Source: an uncultured Muribaculaceae bacterium (GTDB lineage: Bacteria; Bacillota_I; Bacilli_A; RF39; UBA660). Taken from it: a stretch of 58,310 nt of DNA. This document shows positions 38,203 through 45,848 of the stretch, in pieces (position 1 is the first letter of the stretch; the number at the start of each line of letters is the position of its first letter). A model generated the notes under the pieces. The model did not search any database, was not told the origin of the DNA, and worked only from the letters and a program-made list of their open reading frames with translations. Both the position numbers and the translations under genes were made by a program. The DNA lies in the NCBI GenBank assembly GCA_964458035.1, contig CAYWFZ010000001.1:1-58310 (forward strand), written 5' to 3'.

Positions 38203-38218
38203 CTTACCCATTGGTAAG
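38203..38218 (-). terminator. hairpin plus U-run upstream of rsgA (terminator of the upstream unit or attenuator)
   Basis: The minus strand reads CTTACC-AATG-GGTAAG followed by TTTTTTT. Confidence 0.6.
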
Positions 38219-38235
38219 CATCACTAAAAATACAC

Positions 38236-38295
38236 TTATAAAAGTATTAAGAGTGATGCTACTATAAAATTAAATAAACTATCTATTTTCTTCAT
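38236..38295 (-). CDS. candidate 19-aa hydrophobic leader peptide (MKKIDSLFNFIVASLLILL)
   Basis: TTGACA-17-TTATAT promoter (38348-38320), Shine-Dalgarno sequence AGAGGTGAT, ATG 38295. The ORF's 3' end lies inside an 8-bp-stem hairpin GCATCACT...AGTGATGC (38218-38259). Confidence 0.3.
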   Translation of the reverse strand: MKKIDSLFNFIVASLLILL

Positions 38296-38349
38296 AACAT
38301 CACCTCTTTCGTGCTATAAATATAACACTTATACTTGTACTTTGTCAAA

Positions 38350-38592
38350 TTACTCAAATACTTTTTTATCAAGAGTAAGCATACTATAACCTTGAATATC
38401 ATCATTGTCTTTATAGTTTCTACTTATTGCATTAGTAAATTCTTGAATTGATGAACATCTATTTAAATATTCTTCTACCGTTTCTTCGTAGACTGCTTTA
38501 TCAAGCTTATCCGTTAAAGCTTTATATAATCCTTTTTCTTCAATTTCAGATTCTGTTAAAGAAGAACTTATATCGTAGAATTTCATTAACAT
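38350..38592 (-). CDS. C-terminal fragment of the split paralog of the 406-aa protein
   Basis: 80 aa. Aligns with the last ~75 aa of the 40237-41457 product (TVEEYLNRCSSIQEFTNAISRNYKDNDDI vs TVEDYLKTVKSVDEFIKTINDNFKESEDI). Confidence 0.6.
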   Translation of the reverse strand: MLMKFYDISSSLTESEIEEKGLYKALTDKLDKAVYEETVEEYLNRCSSIQEFTNAISRNYKDNDDIQGYSMLTLDKKVFE

Positions 38593-39518
38593 TTTTCTTC
38601 ATGTAGGTTGTAATCGATGCAAAGATTTCTCTCTTGAATCCAAGTCAACTTTTCTATATACTTCTCCGATGTAAGTAAGATTTCAAGACTTGGGTAAGTA
38701 ATACACATGCTAATCATTTCTTTTATCTCTTGAATTTTTCTTTTTCTAAAGATACTCTTACATGATGGAGCATGTATAAGTACTGGATTTATATTGTTTT
38801 CAAAAGCATATGCAATTAATTCCAAATATACATCTATAAATGGAACGACTCCTAACCAATATTGTTCAAGTGCTACATCTGTAATTATGGCAGCCTGATT
38901 TTCATCTTTAGCTGTTCTTAGTAGATGTGCAATTGTTAATATATCTTTTTCGTCGGCATTGTATGTACTATTATTTGATAAATAGTTGTGAATTCTATAT
39001 TTTCTATCTTCAGCACATATTTGGTATTCTTCTATGATTTTACTGATTATTGTTGGAGAGATTCCTTTTCTTAGTGCTAGTTCTAGCATTAGAATTGTTG
39101 TCCCACGATATTTATCGTTTGGTAACCTATTATATATTTTTGTAAGCTCGATTAAGTCTTTTATTGAGTAATTTGCAAGTGTTTGATTTTTTTCAAATAT
39201 TATGGCATTTTCGTAGTTTGCAGCATAATCAAGGACTTTTTTTAAATCGCTTTTTTTAACAAATCTTACATTTCTTAAAAACTCAGGACATAATAGTTTT
39301 TCTATTCTCTCGTTTCCGTGTTCCGTTGTTTCAATGTAGGAAAGCACAATTGCATCAGCATATTCTTGTCTTATTTTATATTGAGGCTTTCTTAGCGTTT
39401 TATAGACTGATATTACTTTATCTATAAGATTAGGAGTATTATCTGACTTTATAATTGATTTTAATACCTCTATATCATCTGTATACTCTTTTATTTGATT
39501 AACAATTTTTGCTTTCAT
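38586..39518 (-). CDS. N-terminal 310-aa part of the split paralog; start overlaps the tcdA 3' end by 20 nt
   Basis: MKAKIVNQIKEYT, YADAIVLSYIETT and EKLTWIQERNLCIDYNL align with MKVEVINQLKEYT, SADAIVKIFIEEV and RRLTWDNQKNLIRIYNL of the 406-aa protein. Confidence 0.65.
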   Translation of the reverse strand: MKAKIVNQIKEYTDDIEVLKSIIKSDNTPNLIDKVISVYKTLRKPQYKIRQEYADAIVLSYIETTEHGNERIEKLLCPEFLRNVRFVKKSDLKKVLDYAANYENAIIFEKNQTLANYSIKDLIELTKIYNRLPNDKYRGTTILMLELALRKGISPTIISKIIEEYQICAEDRKYRIHNYLSNNSTYNADEKDILTIAHLLRTAKDENQAAIITDVALEQYWLGVVPFIDVYLELIAYAFENNINPVLIHAPSCKSIFRKRKIQEIKEMISMCITYPSLEILLTSEKYIEKLTWIQERNLCIDYNLHEEKC

Positions 39519-40197
39519 TTTTTTTCACATCCTTAATTATTTCATTTATTATATAAGAAACACAAAGTATTCCGGCAGTACTAGGAACAAGGTTGGCTGT
39601 AGCCAATACTTTGTTTTTAATTGGAACTTCCGTACTTGATATAACATATATTTTTTTATTTATTTTTGCATCTTTTACTTTTTTTCTTAGTATTCTTGCT
39701 ATTGGATCATTTGTTGTTTTATCTAATGTTGTTATTTCTAGTTTAGTTGGGTCTAGTTTGTTCGCGGTCCCCATTGATGAAATTAGTTTGTAATTATAAT
39801 GTAGGGAATTCTCAATCAGTGAAAATTTTACTTTTATATCATCACAAGCATCAATAATAAAGCCGTAGTCTAAATCTAATATCTCTTTAATATTAGACTC
39901 TGTGAGCTTTTTTTCTATTCCATCGACTTCTATATCTGGATTAATAAGTTTTGCTCTTAAAATAGCCTCTATTACTTTAGAATGACCTATATTAGTTGAA
40001 TTCGTAATAAGCTGCCTATTTAAGTTTGTTATATCAATCTTGTCATAGTCAACTATAGTTATATTGGTAAATCCATTTCGAACTAAACTTTCAAGAGCAT
40101 ATGAACCAACTCCACCAACTCCTATAAGAAGTATTCTTTTTGATTTTATTTCCTTATATACATCTTCTCCAATTAAATTTATTAATCTTTCAAACAT
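39499..40197 (-). CDS. tcdA: ThiF/E1-like tRNA threonylcarbamoyladenosine dehydratase TcdA (YrvM-like)
   Basis: ILLIGVGGVGSYALESLVRNGFTNITIVDYDKIDITNLNRQL, IIDACDD, SSMGTANKLDPT, DPIARILRKK. Collinear with Bacillus YrvM as I recall it. Confidence 0.8.
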   Translation of the reverse strand: MFERLINLIGEDVYKEIKSKRILLIGVGGVGSYALESLVRNGFTNITIVDYDKIDITNLNRQLITNSTNIGHSKVIEAILRAKLINPDIEVDGIEKKLTESNIKEILDLDYGFIIDACDDIKVKFSLIENSLHYNYKLISSMGTANKLDPTKLEITTLDKTTNDPIARILRKKVKDAKINKKIYVISSTEVPIKNKVLATANLVPSTAGILCVSYIINEIIKDVKKNESKNC

Positions 40198-40236
40198 AAG
40201 TAATCACCTGATTTAATTATATCATGATTATATTTA

Positions 40237-41457
40237 TTATTCTGATTTTTGTTTTCTTACCCTTAATGAAGAAGTCGGTAATATATCTTCTGATTCTTTA
40301 AAATTATCATTTATTGTTTTAATAAATTCATCTACACTTTTTACAGTTTTTAAGTAATCTTCTACTGTTGTAATATATTCTTCTTTATCTAATTCATTAA
40401 GAATTAAACCATATAGGTCGTTTTTACTTATTTCGTTATTCTCTACTTGAGAGCATAATCTTTTATATATTTGATAGAATGATTCCCTATTGCCTTCATC
40501 CTTAAGATTATATATACGAATTAGATTCTTTTGATTATCCCAAGTAAGACGACGAATAATGGTATGATCAAATATTAGGTCTTCTATTTCAGGGCTTTCG
40601 TTGGCAAGTTGCATCATTTCAATTATCTCTGTATTAGTTCTTGATTCTAATAAATATATTTTGAAGTATCTCTTAGATTTTTTATACTTGTTTTTTACTA
40701 TAACTTTAATAAGTTCGTATATATCTTGAAAATTAATGTCTGCTTGCCATTCTGGTTCATTTAGTGCTTCTTGAACTAATTTTATTTCATCAGGATTATC
40801 AAGTGATGGAATGATTCTTCCAGCAGAAATTAAACTTTCATTTGGTAATTTTATTCCTGTACTTGGTTTTGCTGCTTTACGCATTAAATACTTTTGCTCT
40901 AGTATTTTACATCTGTTGTAATTATTGATAAAACTTTTAATAATGTTAAATTCATAGTTGTTGCTTATGAGTAATGTTAATACATTTGTTACATCTTCAT
41001 TTCCACAGTAAATTGTTGCGAGATTTAAAAGTGAAATATGGTCGAGTAAACCATAAGATTTAGCGTATTCTTCATCCATTAAAAGGGATAAAATGAATGA
41101 ATCTTTTTCTTTAGTATCATTTTTAGTTTTACCTACTTTTTTTGATATAGCTATATAAGAGTTAAGAATTGAAATTGGGTCAACATCGTCTTCTAATTCC
41201 ATAATCTTTTTTATTACTATTTGTTTTTCTGTAAGCAAAGTTTTTAACAAAGTATTGCTGTTATTTATTACTTCTTCTATAAAAATCTTCACTATGGCGT
41301 CAGCTGATTTATTTGCTTTACTATATGGATAATATTCTTTTAAGAGATTATAGAGATTTAGGATCTCTTTTACTTCATCACCTAAATTAAGTGCTAAAAG
41401 TATTATTTCTTTACTTGTTGTATATTCTTTTAATTGATTTATTACTTCTACTTTCAT
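40237..41457 (-). CDS. 406-aa helical protein of unknown function (intact paralog)
   Basis: Own TTGACT-18-TATAAT promoter (41517-41488) and AAGGAGAA Shine-Dalgarno sequence. No motif recognised. Confidence 0.7.
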   Translation of the reverse strand: MKVEVINQLKEYTTSKEIILLALNLGDEVKEILNLYNLLKEYYPYSKANKSADAIVKIFIEEVINNSNTLLKTLLTEKQIVIKKIMELEDDVDPISILNSYIAISKKVGKTKNDTKEKDSFILSLLMDEEYAKSYGLLDHISLLNLATIYCGNEDVTNVLTLLISNNYEFNIIKSFINNYNRCKILEQKYLMRKAAKPSTGIKLPNESLISAGRIIPSLDNPDEIKLVQEALNEPEWQADINFQDIYELIKVIVKNKYKKSKRYFKIYLLESRTNTEIIEMMQLANESPEIEDLIFDHTIIRRLTWDNQKNLIRIYNLKDEGNRESFYQIYKRLCSQVENNEISKNDLYGLILNELDKEEYITTVEDYLKTVKSVDEFIKTINDNFKESEDILPTSSLRVRKQKSE

Positions 41458-41538
41458 ATATTCTCTAATTCTCCTTTTTTATTGTTTATTATAAATTAAT
41501 GTATTTATCTAAGTCAATAAAATAATAAATTTTTGCAT

Positions 41539-41709
41539 AAAAAAAGCCTAAGAGACGTTCGCGTGATAAAAGCCCGCTCGCACGAGGTGGGCATCACATG
41601 CTCCGTTTTAGGATCCCTACGTCTAGGACAAGGTCTTCAACACCACGGGGCAATTAGATTCCCAAGTATCACCAATAGTCGGTTTTATAAGTTTGAACCT
41701 CTCTTAGGT
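41539..41709 (-). ncRNA. unclassified structured GC-rich RNA (~170 nt) with own promoter and U-tail
   Basis: 79/162 G+C in 41547-41708 versus 7/60 in the adjacent 41711-41770 (hand counts). Closing stem CCTAAGAG/CTCTTAGG plus GTTC/GAAC. Several internal GC-rich hairpins. On the minus strand it is preceded by TTACTT-17-TGATATAGT and followed by U7. Confidence 0.7.
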
Positions 41710-41715
41710 AATTTA

Positions 41716-41744
41716 ACTATATCATATTATTTATACTTAAGTAA
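41716..41744 (-). promoter_or_regulatory. extended -10 promoter for the ncRNA
   Basis: On the minus strand: TTACTT (41744-41739), 17-nt spacer, TGATATAGT (41724-41716). The predicted +1 falls at the first base of the closing stem. Confidence 0.6.
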
Positions 41745-41773
41745 ATACATATTTTATTTTTTGACAAAATACT

Positions 41774-42676
41774 TTATTTTAATTCATATTTTTTTAGCTT
41801 TTTGTTTAGTATTTCTTCTGCTTTAAATGATTTTCCATTGAATGAAGATAGTTCGTTTAGTTCTTTATATACAGCCAATATAGTATCTTGATCTATTTCT
41901 AATATCTTTGCATTTTCATTGGTTTCTGGTAATTGATATGGGTTACTACTTAATACTTCAATTTCTCTTTCTGGTTCAATTGGTACAGTTTTAAAATCTT
42001 TGTTTTGAATTTCTTCAAATGTTCCACTTTCATTTGTAACGTGTACTTTGGTTTCACCTTTTATACCAATATATCTTAAGTAGCTTTTTCCCTTAACAAA
42101 GAATATTATAAATAGGCTTTTCCCTGTCGCTTCATTATTTAATTCTTGGTATATTACTTCTTCTCCATTTAACGTAATACCATCGGCATAATATTTATCG
42201 TGTCTGAATAGTGGTATTTCTTCTTTCTTATCAACTACTAGGATGTCTGTTTGTGATTCGGCTAAATGTGTAGCAACTTGTTCACTTAATCCTTTTTCTA
42301 TTAGTTCATTTGTTCTTTCAATAATTCTTTTGAATTCGTATAATCTATGCATTTGATTCTGATTTAGTTCTAGAGTGTCCATTAATATGCTTAAGAATTT
42401 TTCTCCATTTTTAGAATATCTACCAACTAACTCAGCTATTATAGAAAGGTCGTGAGCATCCATATAAAGCATTGCTTTTTTAAAATGATCAGCTGCATAT
42501 TTAGGTGAATTCTCAACTGATTCTTTTAGGTGCATTGATGCCATATCTAAAGTACTAATTGAATCAGGTCTTTTAATTGATTTATCAATTATATAGCTTT
42601 TAAATCCTTCCATTTTTTCAGGTATAATATAATTATTTACTCTTCTAATTATTTTTATTAATCTTTCGTTGTCCAT
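41774..42676 (-). CDS. 300-aa protein of unknown function downstream of the HerA-like ATPase
   Basis: Own TGTTATAAT promoter and GGAGGAA Shine-Dalgarno sequence. Helical N-terminal half and beta-rich C-terminal half by composition. No motif recognised. Confidence 0.7.
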   Translation of the reverse strand: MDNERLIKIIRRVNNYIIPEKMEGFKSYIIDKSIKRPDSISTLDMASMHLKESVENSPKYAADHFKKAMLYMDAHDLSIIAELVGRYSKNGEKFLSILMDTLELNQNQMHRLYEFKRIIERTNELIEKGLSEQVATHLAESQTDILVVDKKEEIPLFRHDKYYADGITLNGEEVIYQELNNEATGKSLFIIFFVKGKSYLRYIGIKGETKVHVTNESGTFEEIQNKDFKTVPIEPEREIEVLSSNPYQLPETNENAKILEIDQDTILAVYKELNELSSFNGKSFKAEEILNKKLKKYELK

Positions 42677-42730
42677 TTTTATTCCTCCGTTTTGCTATTA
42701 TAACATATAAACTTTTAATTTGTATAGATA

Positions 42731-42755
42731 GAAAAAACACCTTAATAGGTGTTTT
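42731..42755 (-). terminator. intrinsic terminator after the HerA-like gene
   Basis: The minus strand reads AAAACACCT-ATTA-AGGTGTTTTTT immediately after the stop codon. Confidence 0.75.
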
Positions 42756-44508
42756 ATGCTTTCCATCTTTCAACAACATTGCAGTTTGATGAATATGGTG
42801 CCGGATTTGGCATATCCATTTTAACTATAACTGGTATTTTGAATGCGTTACCAAACGCTACCATAGTACCACTTTGTAAACTTGTAAGCTTTTCAATTAT
42901 ATCACCAGAGATATTAGGTAACATCTTATTGATGTAGTCTAGGTCACGTGGGTGTGTCATTTTTAAAATACAGAAATTAGACATCTGAGCGATAACTGTT
43001 TCTGATATTTCTACTGGACGTTGACTTACAAGATCTAGCATTACCCCATATTTACGACCTTCTTTGGCGATTCGTTCGAATATATTATATCCGAGAAGAA
43101 AATGGTCATTATCAGATACAACATATCTATGTGCTTCTTCTATGAATAAGTGGAAAGGTATTGCTGCTCTTTCTTTTCTACTCTTAGAAAAATCAAAAAT
43201 CATCTTACAGAATATCTTAACCATTGTTTTAGCTAGGTTATCATCTACATCTTCTAAGTTTATATTAACTATCTGGCTTCTTTTATTATTAAATACGATT
43301 AGACTTGAAATATAGTTTTCCAATGTAACATAATTTGGAACATCGAAGAATTTGCGATTAGATGAATTATTTAAACTATGAAGTCTTACTTGCATTATAA
43401 CGGCATTATCTTGCATGATTCTGTTATTCAAAAATCCATCACCAATAAGAGTAAAGCTCATTGCCTTCTCTAAATCATCAAGCGTGTAATAAGCATCCTT
43501 AGGGGCTTCTATTTGTGCCTCTAGTTCATCATCAATAAATTTAAGAAGATATTCATTAATTAGTACTGATTCTCCAAATTCTCCATTTCTATCAATACCG
43601 AAGCATTCAGAGAATTTTCTAGTATAACCAATTCCTTGGATATCAGTGTTGACATTAAATTCTGGGGTTGAACAGTCAGCTATAATTGTGAATATATCAT
43701 TTTTCTTAGCTGATGCATTTTGGTTTGAGAAAAGTACTGTCATTATAGCTTTTGCAATTAAATGATTCTTTAGTTTTTTAGTTGTTTCATCATCTCTTGA
43801 AAATAATTTTGCTAATTTTAACATTCTTTCGATTATTGTATATTGATGATGGTTATCAGCCTGTAATAAAAGACATATATCATCAATTGTAAGTAGGAAT
43901 ACAGGAATCTTTAATAAGACATCTGTGTCATCTACTGGATTACTTGTTATAAATTTATATTGATAGTTTGGATTGAATTGATTAAGCACTCTAAATGCTG
44001 TTTTATATTCGCCATAAGCATCAAATATAAATAGGTTTGCATTAAATGATAAGAAGTTTTTGTTTAAGAAGATATTTTGAACTATTCTTGCAACAGAACA
44101 AGATTTACCAGAACCAGTATTACCAAATATAGATAAGTGGTTTGAAAACATATCATTTATATCAACGTAAACGTCTTTTCCATTATATATTGCTGACTTA
44201 CCTAGGTAAAGATTCCCTTGTTTATTGGAGCCTAAGATAATATTTAATTCGTCGTCATTAATTATTCTAATTTGACTGTCTAGGGTTGGCTTTTTTATAG
44301 TACCAGCAATAAATCTATCTCCAACGAATTGACCCATTAAGTCAATGTGTACAGTATCTTCATCGGCTTTTTTTACTTCACCTAGCAATTTTTGATCTTT
44401 TGTTTCAAATATAACATGCAAGTTCATTAGGTTAGGTACAACCATGTTTTCCTTATGTATCTCTACTACGGCAGTAATATCATCAATATATTTAATCTTA
44501 CCAAACAT
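42754..44508 (-). CDS. HerA-like (DUF87) FtsK/HerA-superfamily P-loop ATPase with N-terminal HAS-barrel
   Basis: Barrel-like N-terminus (GKIKYIDDITAVVEI...LLGEVKK...). Walker A SIFGNTGSGKS. Walker B-like FHLFIEEAHRY. Arg-finger region LVSQRP. Confidence 0.75.
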   Translation of the reverse strand: MFGKIKYIDDITAVVEIHKENMVVPNLMNLHVIFETKDQKLLGEVKKADEDTVHIDLMGQFVGDRFIAGTIKKPTLDSQIRIINDDELNIILGSNKQGNLYLGKSAIYNGKDVYVDINDMFSNHLSIFGNTGSGKSCSVARIVQNIFLNKNFLSFNANLFIFDAYGEYKTAFRVLNQFNPNYQYKFITSNPVDDTDVLLKIPVFLLTIDDICLLLQADNHHQYTIIERMLKLAKLFSRDDETTKKLKNHLIAKAIMTVLFSNQNASAKKNDIFTIIADCSTPEFNVNTDIQGIGYTRKFSECFGIDRNGEFGESVLINEYLLKFIDDELEAQIEAPKDAYYTLDDLEKAMSFTLIGDGFLNNRIMQDNAVIMQVRLHSLNNSSNRKFFDVPNYVTLENYISSLIVFNNKRSQIVNINLEDVDDNLAKTMVKIFCKMIFDFSKSRKERAAIPFHLFIEEAHRYVVSDNDHFLLGYNIFERIAKEGRKYGVMLDLVSQRPVEISETVIAQMSNFCILKMTHPRDLDYINKMLPNISGDIIEKLTSLQSGTMVAFGNAFKIPVIVKMDMPNPAPYSSNCNVVERWKA

Positions 44509-44557
44509 ATTATCAATCCTTTTTATTCTTATATCTTAATAATTATAACATACTCGT

Positions 44558-45784
44558 TTATTCTACTTCAATAAAGTCAAAATCTGTTTCAACAAATTTA
44601 ACATATTTGTTAGTATAGATATTTAGGAGTGTGTCATCTTTTTTTACTGTATCTCCTATTTTTACATTTAGGATTATTCCAACTGTATAGTCAATTGTAT
44701 CATTTAAAGACATTTTTGATGCGCCTAATTTTGCGGCTAGTTTTGCAGCTCCTTCGGCATCTATCTTAACGATTTTTCCTTCTTTTTTACTCTTAACAGG
44801 TATTACATGAGGAGCAACAACTACTTCTTTTAATCTTCCACCTTGTCTTGATACAAACTCATAGAATTTCTTTAGTGCTTCTCCATTTTTTAATACCTGT
44901 TCTGCTCTTACTTCTGCTTCATTTAAATCAAGCCCTTTAGCCATGGATAAAAGATTAGCAACAATCTCGATGCAAGCGCTATATAAAGGACATTTTTTCC
45001 CATGAAGGACATTTATTGCCTCACATACTTCAAGAGAATTTCCAATTGCGTATGAAAGTGGTGTATTCATGTCACTTATAAGTGTTCTAACGTTCTTTTT
45101 GTATGCTTCCCCTATCTCGATTAACCATTCACTTAGAAGTTTTGCATCATCCATATTTTTGATTAATGCTCCACTTCCAACTTTAATATCAATTAGTATG
45201 TTATCAGCACCTGATGCAATTTTCTTAGACATAATAGATGATGCAATAAGTGGAATTGATTCTGTTGTTCCGGTTACATCACGTAAGGCATAAACCATCT
45301 TATCTAATGGGACTAAGTCACTTGTTTGACTGGAAAGTGCAAATCCTAATTCTTCAACTTGCGTATAGAATTCTTCTTCAGTTAAATTTACATTAAATCC
45401 TGGAATTGATTCGACTTTATCAATTGTTCCACCTGTTAATCCAAGACCTCTTCCGCTCATCTTTGCAAGATGTAAGCCAAGTGCTGCACACATAGGACCA
45501 ATTATAAGTGTCGTTGAGTCTCCAACACCTCCTGTTGAATGTTTGTCTACTGTATATTTCATAGCACCTGCTAGATCATAAGCTTTTCCACTCCTTATGA
45601 ATATATCAGTTAATGATAATGTTTCAGATATGGTCATTCCGTTTATAGTAATTGCCATAAGTAAGGCACTCATTTGATAATCAGGAATTTCTTTATTCAA
45701 GTATCCGTTAAAAGCAAATTTTAACTCGTCATAGGAAAGTGAACCGCCATTCTTCTTTTTTGTAATAATGTCTAATATATTCAT
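44558..45784 (-). CDS. pdp: pyrimidine-nucleoside phosphorylase
   Basis: ILDIITKKKNGGSLSYDEL, YQMSALLMAI, DKHSTGGVGD, GRGLGLTGGTIDK. Confidence 0.92.
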   Translation of the reverse strand: MNILDIITKKKNGGSLSYDELKFAFNGYLNKEIPDYQMSALLMAITINGMTISETLSLTDIFIRSGKAYDLAGAMKYTVDKHSTGGVGDSTTLIIGPMCAALGLHLAKMSGRGLGLTGGTIDKVESIPGFNVNLTEEEFYTQVEELGFALSSQTSDLVPLDKMVYALRDVTGTTESIPLIASSIMSKKIASGADNILIDIKVGSGALIKNMDDAKLLSEWLIEIGEAYKKNVRTLISDMNTPLSYAIGNSLEVCEAINVLHGKKCPLYSACIEIVANLLSMAKGLDLNEAEVRAEQVLKNGEALKKFYEFVSRQGGRLKEVVVAPHVIPVKSKKEGKIVKIDAEGAAKLAAKLGASKMSLNDTIDYTVGIILNVKIGDTVKKDDTLLNIYTNKYVKFVETDFDFIEVE

Positions 45785-45848
45785 AAATCTACCTTCTTTA
45801 TTATTTTTATTATATCATAAATACTTCGTCCGTAAAATAAAAAAAGAG

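Noticed and set aside
39499-40197. ThiF/E1-like gene as the core of a ubiquitin-like conjugation or CBASS/Bil-type defence module
   Set aside because: It is collinear with the housekeeping tRNA t6A dehydratase TcdA/YrvM (232 aa, no E2 or JAB partner, no ubiquitin-like gene). I kept only the unusual flanking paralogs as a finding.
41539-41709. SRP RNA, T-box leader, tRNA/tmRNA or a common riboswitch as the identity of the GC-rich RNA
   Set aside because: There is no GGAAGCAGC/GNRA helix-8 core, no T-box AA..GGGUGG.ACCGCG sequence and no cloverleaf. I see no TPP, SAM, purine, preQ1, glmS or ykkC core as I remember them. The weak resemblances (UAGGGAUCC, AGAGGUUC) do not extend. The downstream gene has its own promoter.
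41533-41826. 97-aa + strand ORF (MHKKSLRDVRVIKARSHEV...) from the ORF track
   Set aside because: It is read through the GC-rich structured RNA element and then into the antisense of the 300-aa gene. It has no Shine-Dalgarno sequence, and the region is better explained as a minus-strand ncRNA.
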